Below, piece after piece: positions 42,693-55,760 of a DNA stretch of 64,000 nt. The position numbers and the translations under genes are program-made. A model generated the notes under the pieces. That model was not told the origin of the DNA. It saw only the letters and a list, made by a program, of their open reading frames with translations, and did no database searches. The stretch is from Eledone cirrhosa (taxonomy: Eukaryota): positions 297,538,001 through 297,602,000 of the forward strand of contig OZ024742.1 in the NCBI GenBank assembly GCA_964016885.1, in the 5' to 3' direction. Every line of letters begins with the position of its first letter. Positions within the stretch are counted from its first letter, which is position 1.

Positions 42693-43684
42693 AAAGTGGA
42701 TATAAAATAATGATGATGACACTGTTGCTGACATTGTGATTTATAAAATACAAACCTAATACTGATATAAAAATGTGTATTCCAATGTTTTGTGTTGTAT
42801 TCTAGAAGCAGGTGAAAAGCATTTGCAGTTTTGTATGTTAATAATAATTAAAGAGGCCCCAGATATTCAGTATAACTGCAATAGAATTGAATGTAGAAAT
42901 CTTGAGAGATCTGACATATTCAGCATTTTAGATGAAATAACTGAAAGGTTTTCCCTTTTAAATAATATGTCTAGTAGCTTTATACACTGACCTTTTATCA
43001 ACATGTCGGAGTCTATTGTATTGAAGAATTTTGATTTCCAACAAGAAAATAGTGTAGGGACATCTGTATATAATTTTGTTGACCATAATCTAATGGTCAA
43101 ACTTGACACATTACTGCCACAAGCAATAATGTACACTGAACATATCTTTCTAAACAAACATTATCTGTTATATGAAACTAAATCAATATCAAGTGTAAAA
43201 TCCTTTTGAATTATGATGTAAAATTATCTGTCCATCCACCATATGTTGATATTACCTAAGAAAATGTTTCCTTAAGAACATATTACATTGTGATATGGGA
43301 TTTCTATAGTAAACATAGAAATATGATTGATGTATATTTAGGCAATGTATACAAGTAAACCGGGACAGAGCTAGTTTTAGTAAAGACAGTCAACAGATGC
43401 TGGCTTGGGTTACCTAGTGACAAATACTTACAATGGGTATTTTGCCATTTGAAGGATTGTGAGAATTGAGAAATTGTTGAGTTTCATTAACTTGCCATGC
43501 TGAGTTCAAATCTCATCATATGTAAGGAATGACAATCTCATCTATCAGATTTTCAATGGATAAACAGCTTCAGAAAACGTTATTGTTTAGCCCCAGGTTA
43601 GAACTGATTGTACTGACTTAATCAAAGGCCCTTTAGTTGTGACTATTTCATTTTTTAAAGCATAGTTTGTCTTAGATTACATGC

Positions 43685-43970
43685 CTTCTTCTTCTTCACC
43701 CACTTATTCCTGAGGGGGTAGTGGGGGCAGAGTCCTCAAACACTCCTTCCAGCAGGTCCTGTCAGAAGCAACCATCTCCAACTGATCAGGCTGGATCCAC
43801 AAGTCTGACCAGTCAAGCTTATGGATGTTATTCAACCATCTTGCTTTGGGTCTACCCCTGGATCTCCTGCCGGTTGATTTTGCCCATCAAATCTGTCCAT
43901 CGATTCTTCCCTGAGGCATTCTTACCACATACCCATAGTATCAGAGCTGTGATCTCTTGATATTTATGCA
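43685..43970 (-). mobile_element. RTE/Expander-like LINE 3' fragment
   Basis: Homologous to 27860-28185; (GAA)n tail. Confidence 0.85.
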
Positions 43971-44413
43971 CTTCTTCGGAGTTTGAAAAAGAAGAATAGT
44001 TTCATCCAAGTTTTGGTTGTTATAACTATCTTTATAACCTGTCTACATCTCGTACTCACATTTCTTATAACTTCAGTTAAATCTTGTACTTTTTCTGCAC
44101 AGATATGAATTTAAAGTATACCTGGCTACTTAATGCACAATCTAATATACAATACATATTATAGTACCTGAAGTTTGATCAGCAGACATATTGATTGAAA
44201 CTTGATGTAAATAATATTCAAAATATATGCTTATGTTTGCATAAATAGGTTGAGTGACTGGTCAGGCAACCTAGATTTAACACAGGTTATATTTCTTTTA
44301 TTAAATGCTTTTCTTTTCAAATATTTCAATATTTTTTGCATCTATTTACGTCAGAAACTTGTGGCAATTTTGTCTTCATTTTCATCATTGAATAGTTTAA
44401 AACAGCTACACAT

Positions 44414-44755
44414 GGACGCACATGGCTTAGTGGTTAGAGCATTGGCCTTGCAATCGAAAGGTCGTGAGTTTAATCCTCAGACCGCGTTATGTGTTGTTTC
44501 CTTGAGCAAGACACTTTATTTCACATTGCTCCAGTTTAATCAGCTGTAGAAATGAGATGATAGGGACTGGGGTCGATATCATTCCACTGCAAAGTGGTCG
44601 TGGAGGTGCCATGGCAAAAAAGCACCTAGCACTCACTGTAAATGAGGTTGGTGTTAGGGAGGGCATCCAGCTGTAGAAATCAAGCCAGAATCAGTTCCTG
44701 TCCCACCCTTGCAAGCAGGGAAAAAGTGGACGTAAAATGAAATGATGATGAAATG
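44414..44755 (+). mobile_element. SINE family B: tRNA head + CORE-like block + RTE tail
   Basis: TGGCTTAGTGG A-box, GAGTTTAATCC B-box, TTCCTTGAGCAAGACACTT, tail GGACGTAAAATGA..TGATG. Many decayed fragments elsewhere (e.g. 735-910, 10170-10500, 16420-16890, 18545-18722, 29640-30485, 48320-48620, 49535-49725). Confidence 0.85.
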
Positions 44756-46876
44756 ACACTGTTATTTTTGTTACTGTACTTCAAATTACTTTATATATTT
44801 CTTTATTGATGTTGTTTTTCAATAATGAGAAGCGATTTCCTTCACTTTTGTTTCAAAAGTAGTAAATTTATTTTAATTCTGTGAAAACTCTCAATACTCT
44901 AGATATTTAAATATGAAAGAGAGTTAGATGAAGCACAAAACTTATCTTGGTATCATAGGTATTATTTGACTGCAAGTATAAGTCTTCCTGCCTAAATAAG
45001 ATGCTGGTCCATTGAAAATCCAGCCACAGCTGCTATTACTCATTTTCAGTTGAATGAGCCAGGCAGTGTGATATGAAGTACCTTGCTCGAGGGCTCAATG
45101 CACCACAAGGTCTGTGAATCAAACCTACAACCTTATGATCTTGAACTCAGTAACCTATACACAAAGCTATATGTTTTAAACATGAACAAATGTTTGTAGA
45201 AGCGCCCATGCTCAGACATGGTGATTTGGAAGAGACAGAGAGATAGTGAGCTTACAATCATTGATTAGTTTAATACAGATGTTTATTCTAGAGCATCATA
45301 GCATATATATTAATTCTAGCCTGTAATGAAATAATATTGAAATGGAGAAGGTAGAGGGCTGATTTTGGTTCTTATATGCTCTCAGTTCAAATCTCACTAT
45401 TTTTTCCTCACATTTTTCTGAAACCAGTTAACACTTTTGATAACAAAATACTTGAAACCAACTCTGGTTCTATCTAACAAAATATTTTAAAGTGCTTATT
45501 TAATCTAAAATCATTCCATCATAATTTTTATATGAGATCCATGATAATGAGAAAGATAGTTATATTGCAAATTCTTGATTATTTGAAAAGCATAAGGCAG
45601 TGTATTTCATTGGAAATATTATTACAATAAGATTAAATAAGCATATTTACATTATTTACCAAGAGGAGAACTATTGTATTCAAAAATATATTGCAAGAGT
45701 TGTAATAATTTCCGAAATCTACACTTTTGAAAATCAGCAGATTTTGCATGAAAAAAACAACAAGAATTTCAAAGTAGACATACTTCATTTCATAAACAAT
45801 AATTTCCTAATTTGGAATGTCGAAATATCAACAAATCAATTTATGAAAATATTAGGTAATGAGACAAATGAAATACATAATAATTCACAAAATCTGAACA
45901 TTTCAAAATCAATGTATTTTGTGCTAAATATTAAGAAAGAAGAAGACTAAGAAAAATTTCCAAATAATTATTTTTCTTTAAAAACAGCAAATTTCCAAAT
46001 TTGTTATGATGAATATGAATGAATTTAATCATCATCATCTTGAAGCTAACATGGGTTGATTGAGTAACTTCAGATTATGTCAGTACTTAATTGGAGCTGC
46101 TATCCTAGATAAAATAAGGTAGAGATAATTCCTTTCTTGCTGGGGACAATATAACTTATATATGGTAGTGGTACAATAAAATGCACGATATACAATTTAT
46201 AAGCTGGTTGGCAATAGGAAGGACACATAAAAAATACTTAAAAAATGAAATGTATAAATATGCTAGGAGGTCAGTAATACTGTACATGAACTAACACTGA
46301 CCTGCCTAAACAATATAAGCATGGAAAATAATGCTGTTCTATACTAACATTTTTGCTAGCTGTGGTTCTACTGTTATTGTTGGTAAACCAATTTCTCTGC
46401 ATTATGAGAACTCACTTTAAATTGATTATCAAGATTTATACACAATGATTTGTCAAATATTTATTTCTATAATTTCAATAAAATTCATTTCCATTACATC
46501 ATTAAAGCCAAATATTCTAATTTAGTGGGTGGCTAAAACTTTTGAATTGCTTTGTTCCATTTCGTTTATTGCAGGATTGTTCTGAAATATAGCTTACTGA
46601 AGAAAATTGGCAATTAAATACAAGATTTATTATGCCAATGTTTAAGCAACAAGTAATTCCTTAAAAGTAAAGTCACTATTTTATAATGCATTAATCTATG
46701 TTTGACACTAAAAGGAAAACAAATCATATAATAAGACAACATAAATAATTTATTTTATTGTTTGATAAAGAAACTTTTTTATCACTAAATTTTATTTTTC
46801 TGAAATGTTTATTTCTGAAGTTAGGTTGTTAAGATGTTTAATAATCTGTTTGCTTAACCTTTTATAATTATATCTA

Positions 46877-47227
46877 GGGCAGTAGATTAACAGAATCGGT
46901 AAAGTGCCAGACCACATACTTAGTGGCATAGAGCTATGGCCCTTTCCATTCTGAGTTCAAATCTCACTGATGTTAGCTTTGCCTTTCATCCTTACAGAGT
47001 TTATAAATAAAGCACCAGTAATGCACTGGGGTCGATTTAATCTACCTTTTCCTCGCCTTCAAACTGCTAGCCTTGTGCCTAATTCAGAAACCATTATTAT
47101 ATTTCTCATATGGGCGGTGGATTGAGTTATGGCCCTTGCCATGCTGAGTTCAAATCCCGCCGAGGTTAACTTTGCCTTTCATCCTTACAGGGCCGATAAA
47201 ATAAAGTATCAGTGATAGAGTGAAACA
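46877..47227 (+). mobile_element. Two adjacent SINE A copies
   Basis: Long form 46877-47097. The second, internally deleted copy is flanked by ATTATTATATTTCTCAT (47093-47109 and 47228-47244). Confidence 0.9.
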
Positions 47228-50162
47228 ATTATTATATTTCTCATTAAAGATAATGCATGTGGTGTTTCAAACCGTTTTGAAAATCATCAAGAATTTGGCA
47301 AAATATAATTAACCTTATTATTAACCAAATGTTTGGATCATAACTTAACAAAGGTTGCTACATAAAAATATGATGGGAGGTTTTCAGATAAATATAAACA
47401 CTTGAAAATAAAAACGTTTTGTATCTCTAGACCTAGGCTGGTTCCAAATAGCTTGGTATCAAAAGGGATAGTTTAAGGTGATTTACTATTAAAAGGATTC
47501 GAATAATTTCTGTGGTTTTTACTTTTCTTTATAACTGTAAATCTACAGAAATATATATTGATTACGTACTGAACTGAAAGGTGTTATACTATTGGTTGTG
47601 ATTTTTTTTCTGCGTATAGAATACAGTAATGTATGACCATCAAAGCATTAAAACATAATTTCTGGTTGCAATCTTTGAAATGGAAAGATGGAGGAATATA
47701 ATTTCTTAACCACTCAAACCATAAAATATAACAAGTGTTATGAGAGGCAGAGAAATATAATTAATAAACCAATCAAATTATAGAAATAGGTTATAAGTGC
47801 TATGAGTGATATAGAAATTTATCACTAAACCATTCAAATCATACAATATAATCTACTAGCAAAGGTTTTAAGAACATATGGCAGTGAATTGGCAGTCTTT
47901 AGGGCATTGGATTAAATGTTGGTATGTGTTCTGGCATAGTTGGTATGTGTTCTGGCATAGTTGGTATGTGTTCTGGCATTCAAATCCAGCTGCAGTCAAC
48001 TTTTCATCCTTTTTTAAAGTGCAGGTGTTATCCCTCCTGACTCTCATTAAGTCTTTTTTCAGACAATGTTTTATGGACAGATACCCTTCCTGGATCAACT
48101 CTTTTAGTCACCCCTACGACATAAGGATACAGTGTTTCTATTCTAAACCAATTATATAATCCCTATTAGAAACCAAAATGTTTCCAACAGTCACAGCAAT
48201 AGTATAGTGAGTATAGAATCAAGTTGCCATCAGTATTTATATTAATCCTTCTCAAATACTTCTATTTCTATATATAAATGGATGCTGAGACGCTGGTACT
48301 AATACATATTTCCTTTTTTTTTATTTCATCATTGCCAGCGTGGGTTGGACATGTCGTTATTATTGGAGTCTCTGCCCTTCTAAATGGGTTGGATTGTACT
48401 TTTCAATTATTGTCATAGGCTGAATGCACTTCTTAACATTTTGCAAATTACAAAGTGTACAGAATGCATTTTATTATGGCACCAACTCTAGAGCAGTTGT
48501 CATGTCATCAGTAAGATGAAAAATACCTCTATCCAACATTGTCTTTATTTGATTACCACTTTACAGAGTGTATTAAGTACATTTTATTATAGCATTGAAG
48601 CTGGTATTGTTACCAGTCCCCAAATATGACTAAAGAATTATCTACTCTCTATGTTGTCTCTATTTCATTTTAGTGGCTGAGAGTATTATTAGAAAAGAAA
48701 TGATAGCTTAGAAGTTAAATGAGGAGAATGTACTAACACAAGTGTGAAGGGGAGAGAGAAGTGATAGAAAGGAAAGGAACAGAACAATGCTAACTACTTA
48801 CATGCACATGCAAGCAAACACACATACATGCACACATGAACTAATGTAATAAGTTTTTCTCTTTAATTGCCACATGCATACCAAGATATGTAACTATAAT
48901 TTTATATATAGCTGTATTCATAAGAGATTAACTCAACATTATTTTCTATCTAAAAGCTGCTTCAAAACTTTGGCGACAGCAGTTTTTAATTCATATTAAA
49001 ATATTGCATATATTTATAATTTGTTTCTTTCAATATAGTTTTTAAAACTTTAATTTTAATTTCCATAGTTTAAACACAGATATATTACTTAATTGATATA
49101 TTACTTCACTAAATTATTTCATATTCATTTTGTCACACTATTTTCTAATATTTTATCTAATTTATTTTCCACTCATTCAGCAAAATTCAATTACCAATAT
49201 ATTTGTTTAGGATCTTGTTTATTACATATTTTACAATCATTATTTCCACACTAAATTACATTAAATTGCTGCAAAGTTATACTTGAAACAAACTATGAAT
49301 TACTTTCGTGCTTATATTTTAAGTTGTGAAATTCCTGATGATAAAGTTTTAGCACTGCAACACACAAAGAAAAAGTAAAAGAAATTGGAGTAAGTGAACA
49401 ACAACTGTGGTGTTGGCTATTGAATAGAGACAATATATGTTATAACCTATCTTGTGTTAATGCTATTATAAAATGGAGCTAGTGCCCCTTCGGATGTGTT
49501 AGTGTCAGACACATGAAAAAATACACCACTAAATTGATAGTGCTGAACTCAGGAAAAAATGTACCCAATATAACCTGTAAGCTTATTGGTGTTAGGACGG
49601 GAATCCAACCATAGACACATATCTATGAGCAATATGGATTGATCTAACACAACTGATTTTGGATTGTGACATCCTGTCCAAACCTAATAGCATGGAAAAC
49701 AGATATACAATGATCATAATGATGATAAAAGTAAATGTTTTCAAGCATGCCATTAAAAACTAAATAGAGTGTATTCTTCTATATAAGTTACTCCTCTATT
49801 TTATGCACATATGTTTACAATGGAATCCATATTTTGAATTAGTGTTTTATAGTTACAGTTAATTTGTATGCTGATTTTTGATGTGGTATTTTCATGGAAA
49901 ACAGTGTGGCATTTATAGAAGTATGTGCAGCTGCAGCAAGTGTTTTAAGGCAATTTTCACCTGCTGAAGCAAGACCTAGCTTTGCTAGCTTCATGAAAGT
50001 TTCATACTCATCATGGTGTCCTTTTTGATGTGATGTTTCTTGGCTGAATACTTTATCTAGTGCCAACCCTTTTAATAACTTTGTATGACATGTATTGGTA
50101 CGGTGTACCTATTTTAAATGCACATCATACTTACACACAAGTATGTCGTCATTATTGTTTAA

Positions 50163-50284
50163 GGTTAGCTTTGCCTTTCATCCTCATGGGGTCGATAAAT
50201 AAAGCATCAGTAATGCACTGGGGTCGATTTAATCACCGTTCCCCTCCCTTTCAAATAGCTGGCTTTGTGCCTAAAGTAGAAACA
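50163..50284 (+). mobile_element. 5'-truncated SINE A with 12-bp TSD
   Basis: ATTATTGTTTAA on both sides. Confidence 0.88.
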
Positions 50285-51440
50285 ATTATTGTTTAATGTC
50301 CACTTTCCCTGCTAGCAAGTGTTGCACAAATATAGGGTATATATTTAGTTTACTAATATAACATTTAATCCTTATCATAACTCATATAATCATGCTTTCT
50401 TTGAAACAAAAAAAATACTTTATTTCTCACAAGAGGACCTCATTATTTTGACCATAAATAAGGGAACTGCCACTTGCACTGCAGAGGATCAGAAAATGAC
50501 TAAATGCCAGTCATTGATTGACTAATCCTTTTTCATGCTGATTGCCTGTAAGACTATAAGTGTCTTCATTTTCTGGATTGCCATGTTTTCTGTCAAATTG
50601 AGATGATGACATCACACCTAAGAACAGAATCACCTTATTTATCCACGTCTCAGCTAACAGAAAGCCTACTCCACATATCCCATTGTCATCTTCTACCCAG
50701 AAAATCTTGTATCTACATTGTTTGCTTGTGAGTAGTTTTGATGAGGCACCCCCTCCATCTCACCTCTGATACACAGTATAAAATTACTCATCTCCTCATG
50801 AAAAACTCAGCAATTTCTCCAGATCTGTCTTCCAGTGTTTTCATATTGTGAGTTGCAGCCCCTATATGTGATACCTGACAGTTGTGATTAGGCCCTTTAG
50901 TAGTAGTTGTTTGAACTTTGAAGGGAATAAGGGTGTGATTGCTTCATGACAGTTGAGGGATTCTCACACATGTCTATGCTAGTTATCTTACTACCATGTG
51001 CAGCACTATCATGACTAGTGTTAATCCTGTATACACAATTTGCATGAGTCTTATATGTTGAGCTTTCCATATTTTGTCAGAGTTTTTGTGGCAGGATGCC
51101 ATTCCAACCTCTAATCACTTTATTGCATGTACTGTGTGCATTCTACATGCCACCAGCACTAGTGAGTTTGTCTTCTCAGACCCAAGGTACCTTTCCACCC
51201 TGCATCAGTTTTTATTCAGAGGAACTGGTCTAGACAAGTTGTCTTTACTATGGCTTATGGACATACGTGGCTTAAGCTATTGAGCAGATGACAAAGGAGC
51301 ATAATGAGTGGAGAGATTCTATGCTGAAAAAGACCCATCCAACCCATGTATGCATGGGATGTAAATTGATGCAGTGGCAGACTGGGTCTAAAAATATTGG
51401 TTGCCAGGAAATGAAGGGGGCCCACCTACATATAGAATGC

Positions 51441-51812
51441 CATACTTTTGTAGCTGTCTTGGTGGCCTAGTTGGAGGAATCATAGTTGGTGGTGATCCTG
51501 GTCTGAAGTTCGATCATGGTCGGAAGTATGGTTCCCAGTAAACCTTTTCAGTTTTTTTCTATGGAATGTAAAATAAAAACCAAAAAAGATTACATGCACC
51601 TCTTGACAAGGATTGAACCCAAGGCCAGGATCTCCACCATCTCTAGTACCGACCGCTAAGCCACTGAGTAAACTACAAATATCTTATGAAAATTTATACT
51701 TATAAACCTACTTTCAAAATTTTCAAAACAAAATCATATGGTGTTGTTCATGTCTTTCTTAATGCTATTGCTCCTACTTAAGGTCGACTTCTAAATCATT
51801 TGGCTGTTCCAT
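51441..51812. mobile_element. Left-truncated copy of a palindromic element containing tRNA-like segments
   Basis: Direct homolog of 52061-52400. Confidence 0.8.
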
Positions 51813-51957
51813 AAACTGTATCCTCATTTTGTTTCTCATCTATCTAGACTATATTTTAACATGTAATCCATGTTTCATTTCTGTTGCACCTCATTTCTCC
51901 CCCTCCTCTCTCTCTCTCTTTCTCTCTGTGTTATTACCAAAGAGCCAGAAGATTGAC

Positions 51958-52379
51958 AAGTCAACCCTAAAAATGACTAATAGATCTAGGAAAGCCATGA
52001 ACCACACCACATCTTTTTAACTATGATTTTGAAAGTAGGTTTATAATTATTAATTTCATTATACTTTTGTAGCTGACTCCGTGGCCTAGTTGGAGGAATC
52101 CTAGATGTTGGTGATCCTGGTCTGAAATTTGATCCTGGTCGGGAGTAGGCTTCCGAGTAAACCTTTTCAATTTTTTTTCTATGGGATGTAAAAAAAAAAC
52201 TGAAAAAGATTACATGTACATCTTGACAAAGATCGAACGAACCACTAGGCTACTAGGACGACTACGAAAACCTTATGAAAATTCATACTTATAAACCTAC
52301 TTTCAAAATGTTCAAAGCAAAATCATGTAGTGTTGTTCATGTCTTTCTTCATGTTATTGCTCCTACTTAAGGTTGACTT
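51958..52379. mobile_element. MITE-like element with long imperfect TIRs and internal tRNA-like segments
   Basis: AAGTCAACC..ATTTTGAAAGTAGGTTTATAA at left pairs with TTATAAACCTACTTTCAAAAT..GGTTGACTT at right. Confidence 0.75.
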
Positions 52380-52413
52380 CTATATCATTTGAGTGTTCCA
52401 TGTGTGTGTGTGT

Positions 52414-52951
52414 AAATCAAGAAACTATTATTCCTATCGTAAATAACTTCTCCAATCCAATTCATTCTATAGATAACACTAGGTCACTTATTAATAACTC
52501 TGTTAATTTCTCTAATCGCAATTGTAATTGCCCTGTTAAAAATAAATGTCCTCTCAACAACCCTTGTCTTGAAAAAAACTTAATCTACGAATGTAAAGTT
52601 ATAACTGACACCAATTCCTTTACCTATTTTGGCTCCACTTCCACCTCCTTTAAAGCTCGTCTTTATAATCATCATTCGTCTTTTAAATACCAACTTAAAA
52701 GAACCAACACGGCACTCTCAGAACTCATATGGTCCTTGAAAGACAAAAATATTAACTATAACATCTCTTGGAAGAAGGTTTGTTCTGCTTCTCCATACTT
52801 GAATAGTTCTCTATCCAAGACATGCAATCTCTGTTTATGTGAAAAATTTACCATTATATCTAATTTAGATTCTATAATAAATAGACGCACTGACTTGTTT
52901 TCTCTCTGCTTGCATAAATTCCACAGAACATTCCACAAAGTATACACCTAA
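52414..52951 (+). pseudogene. PLE GIY-YIG endonuclease domain (open frame, no RT, no genuine start)
   Basis: The first codons of track ORF 52373 lie in the neighbouring MITE. Confidence 0.88.
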
Positions 52952-53891
52952 TATCTAATACTTTACCAATTTAAAATCCTTTTCTCAAAGGCACATATAT
53001 ATATATATACATATATATTTCTTTAAAAATATACCTATCTTTCTACCTTATTTCAATGTTATTTATTATACATTACATAATACTAGTTACTCATTCTATA
53101 TCACTCCTATTTATCATTCCCTTTCTTTCTTTTTTCCCTTTTTCTTTTCTTTTTTTTTTAATTTCTAACCTCTAATCTGTACCTTTTCTTCCTAGATACT
53201 TCTCAATTCTCATTATTACCCACCACAATATATCCTTACTTTATATCACCTTGAAAAATCCTTCGTAAACATAAACATTTTTTTGACGTTAGATTATTCA
53301 TCCTCAATTCATTATTTTTTTCTCCCTTTCATGCTCATCTAACTTATACATATTACACTTATTCCTCCACTATTCTACTTCTTTTCACAATATATCCTTA
53401 ATTACATTACTATTGTTACATTTTTATATTTTTTAATAATACATATCAACAATTTCTTTCCATCGCACATATTATTAAACCCTTAAATATTATTCTTAAT
53501 ACATATTAACAATTTCTTTTCAAATCACATATTATTAAACCTTAATTTAACATTATTCTAAAATGTTTCTCTTCGTTAATTTTTAAATTCTTTTAATTTA
53601 TATATTATCTTCCAACGGTTTTTTAAACTCTCTATGTAAAACAATATATTTTTCTCAGTTATAAAAGCTATTTCTCTCTCTCTATCACCCATCTCTCCTC
53701 CTGTCTCATCCTTCCTCATTATACTCCTCTTCCTCCACTTTTTACTCTCATCTCCTCCTCTTTTTCATCCTTTCCAACCTCCCCTCAATTTCTTTTCCCA
53801 ATATCAGACATCAATCTAAAACTACTTTCCATATGTTGATTTAAAACTGCACTATTCACAAGTGTTTTTTAACCTTCATATCATGTCTCCC

Positions 53892-53962
53892 TATTTTATC
53901 TGACGAAAACGCAAATGTTATCGCATGATGATATTTGTTTTTGAAATGCGCATAATAAAATA
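53892..53962 (+). ncRNA. Minimal type I hammerhead ribozyme (family 3)
   Basis: TATTTTAT CTGACGA stem II (aaacgCAAATGTTATC..GATGATATTTGtttt) GAAA TGCGCA TA ATAAAATA; perfect 8-bp stem I and palindromic stem III. Confidence 0.85.
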
Positions 53963-54085
53963 CATGGAACTCTTTTAACCATCTTTTGATCTTATATATT
54001 ATTTATACTCCAATCCTACAAACTGTAGAGTGCTACTTATCCGATATCTGCATTGATTTATTGTACTACAATAAAACTCACCTCC

Positions 54086-54136
<51 letters not shown>

Positions 54137-54188
54137 GTGATGAATTAGTTTTGCGAGGTTTTTTATATGAAATCGTGTGTCGAAACAA

Positions 54189-54336
54189 ATATTGTTTTAC
54201 TTGGGGAGGGTCATATTTGTGTAATAATATTGCCAGAAAGAATAACAGAACACACTCACTCAACAGTGAGTGTGTTCTGTTATTAATTCTGGCAATATTA
54301 TTACACAAATATGACCCTCCCCAAGTAAAACAATAT
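54189..54336. repeat. 72-bp-arm hairpin (fold-back of a pLTR terminus)
   Basis: Arms 54189-54260 and 54265-54336, loop CAAC, one 2-nt mismatch. Confidence 0.95.
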
Positions 54337-54354
54337 AAATATATATATATATAT

Positions 54355-55190
54355 TTCGTTTCTGAATTTGTTTAGCAAGATTCTTTATCTGAAATCGTGT
54401 GTTGAAACCGATATTGTTATACTTTGGGAGGGTCATGTTGCCAATAAGAAACACACACACCAGTTGCTTTCACTTCAATTTATTATATATTTATAAATTT
54501 ATAAATTTACAAACTTATAAATTTCTGGTTGGTTGGTTGGTTCCACAACCAGATAGTTGTTTATATATAGTCATAGTCCTTTCGTCACACACTCTGTGAC
54601 CTCTTCAGTGACTGGGGATTCCTTTCTTTGTTTCTGTGCCTTTCCTTTCTTCTATCCTACGCCATTTTGTTTCTGTGTGTGTGTTGTGTGCTCAGTTTGC
54701 GCATGCGCCACATCCGGCTGTCTGTGTATGTTTGTGTTCATTTATCTATTTGTTTATTTATTTATTTATTTATTGTTGGTTGGTTGTTTGTTCTATGTGT
54801 GTGTGTGTTTTCATTTTGTCCTGTGTGTGTTTTCATTTTGTCCTTAATTGTAAGTTGTTTGTTCTATGTGCGTGTGTGTTTTCATTTTGTCCTGTGTGTG
54901 TTTTCATTTTGTCCTTAATTGTAAGTTGTGATGTTGCTGTTCCACTCATATTTTCTATTTAATTTTGGTTGTAATTCTTTTATGCTTACTGCCTCTGTAA
55001 TTTGCCTAAACATTGCATCTTTTCTGTGTGTGGATTCTATTTTTATTTCTATGTTCTCTAATCTACCCCTGTGTTCTATCTTAGCATGTTGGTAGAGCAC
55101 AGATGATTCTTTATTATCTTGGAGGTCTCGCCAGTGTTCATTTATTCGTTCCCCTATACTACGAGCTGTCTCACCTATGTACACTATATT
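54355..55190 (-). mobile_element. 5'-truncated Penelope/Poseidon-like PLE (GIY-YIG C-terminal part + pLTR)
   Basis: YIGETARSIGERINEH..SVLYQHAKIEH..RQITEAVSIKELQPKLNRKYEW at 54915-55184; (TA)n on both sides; ~71-bp tandem duplication at 54783-54924. Confidence 0.9.
54568..54614 (-). ncRNA. Minimal type I hammerhead ribozyme (family 2)
   Basis: Minus: AGTCA CTGAAGA g GTCACA-gagtg-TGTGAC GAAA ggac TA TGACT; predicted CUA site; sense to the GIY-YIG ORF. Confidence 0.8.
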
Positions 55191-55196
55191 TTAAAG

Positions 55197-55240
<44 letters not shown>

Positions 55241-55514
55241 CTTTAGATTTAGTAGAATGCACAATCACTGATTCCAGCTATTTGCACTATCATATATTTT
55301 GGTTTCTGGTAATTCCCTGGGGATTTGGTTGGCTAAATGCTTTTCTTAATTATGTTATTATTATTTTTTTTTTATTTTATTCTTTCTCTTAGACTTCAGG
55401 TATTTTTTGAAAGCAAAGCATTGGCCTCTAAAATACTACAGTGGGCCCTGCAATGTTAAGGGGGTCTCTGCAATACTACTGTGGGCCCTGCAATGGAACC
55501 TGGCCAGTCCACCA

Positions 55515-55580
<66 letters not shown>

Positions 55581-55583
<3 letters not shown>

Positions 55584-55740
55584 TAGGAACGACATGTGTT
55601 TCACAATTGATCAGCTCAAGCTACAATACGAATCCATCACGCCTGACTCTAGAATCAATAACTCATGAGGCTTATGGTTTCCTTAATAACGAGATATATC
55701 CTATCATTAAGTGCAAGGTAAACCTTGAGCTGATCAATCA
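55581..55740 (-). mobile_element. pLTR-like fragment with degenerate long-stem-II hammerhead (family 5)
   Basis: Minus: CTCATGA (G>C in core) ... GAAAC acat GTC; 15-bp inverted copy at 55606-55620 and 55724-55738. Confidence 0.5.
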
Positions 55741-55760
55741 CAGAATGTGTCACACTTGAA

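Larger units (their letters stand above)
52414..54088 (+). mobile_element. 5'-truncated Neptune-like Penelope element (GIY-YIG endonuclease + long 3' region with hammerhead)
   Basis: CNC..KNKCPLNNPC..NLIYECKV..YFGSTSTSFKARLYNHHSSF..TALSELIWSLK..CNLCLCEKFTI..NRRTDLFSLCLHK. Starts after (TG)n and ends in (TA)n. Confidence 0.9.

Noticed and set aside
44414-44490. tRNA gene
   Set aside because: Acceptor stem does not close and the sequence continues into a SINE body.
42775-45950. Short ORFs as candidate host exons (42775, 43003, 45600)
   Set aside because: No recognisable homology or splice context; composition matches background. Small real exons cannot be excluded without RNA-seq.
47919-47980. 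21-bp x3 repeat (similar small duplications at 20166, 22083, 38755)
   Set aside because: Ordinary slippage duplications.
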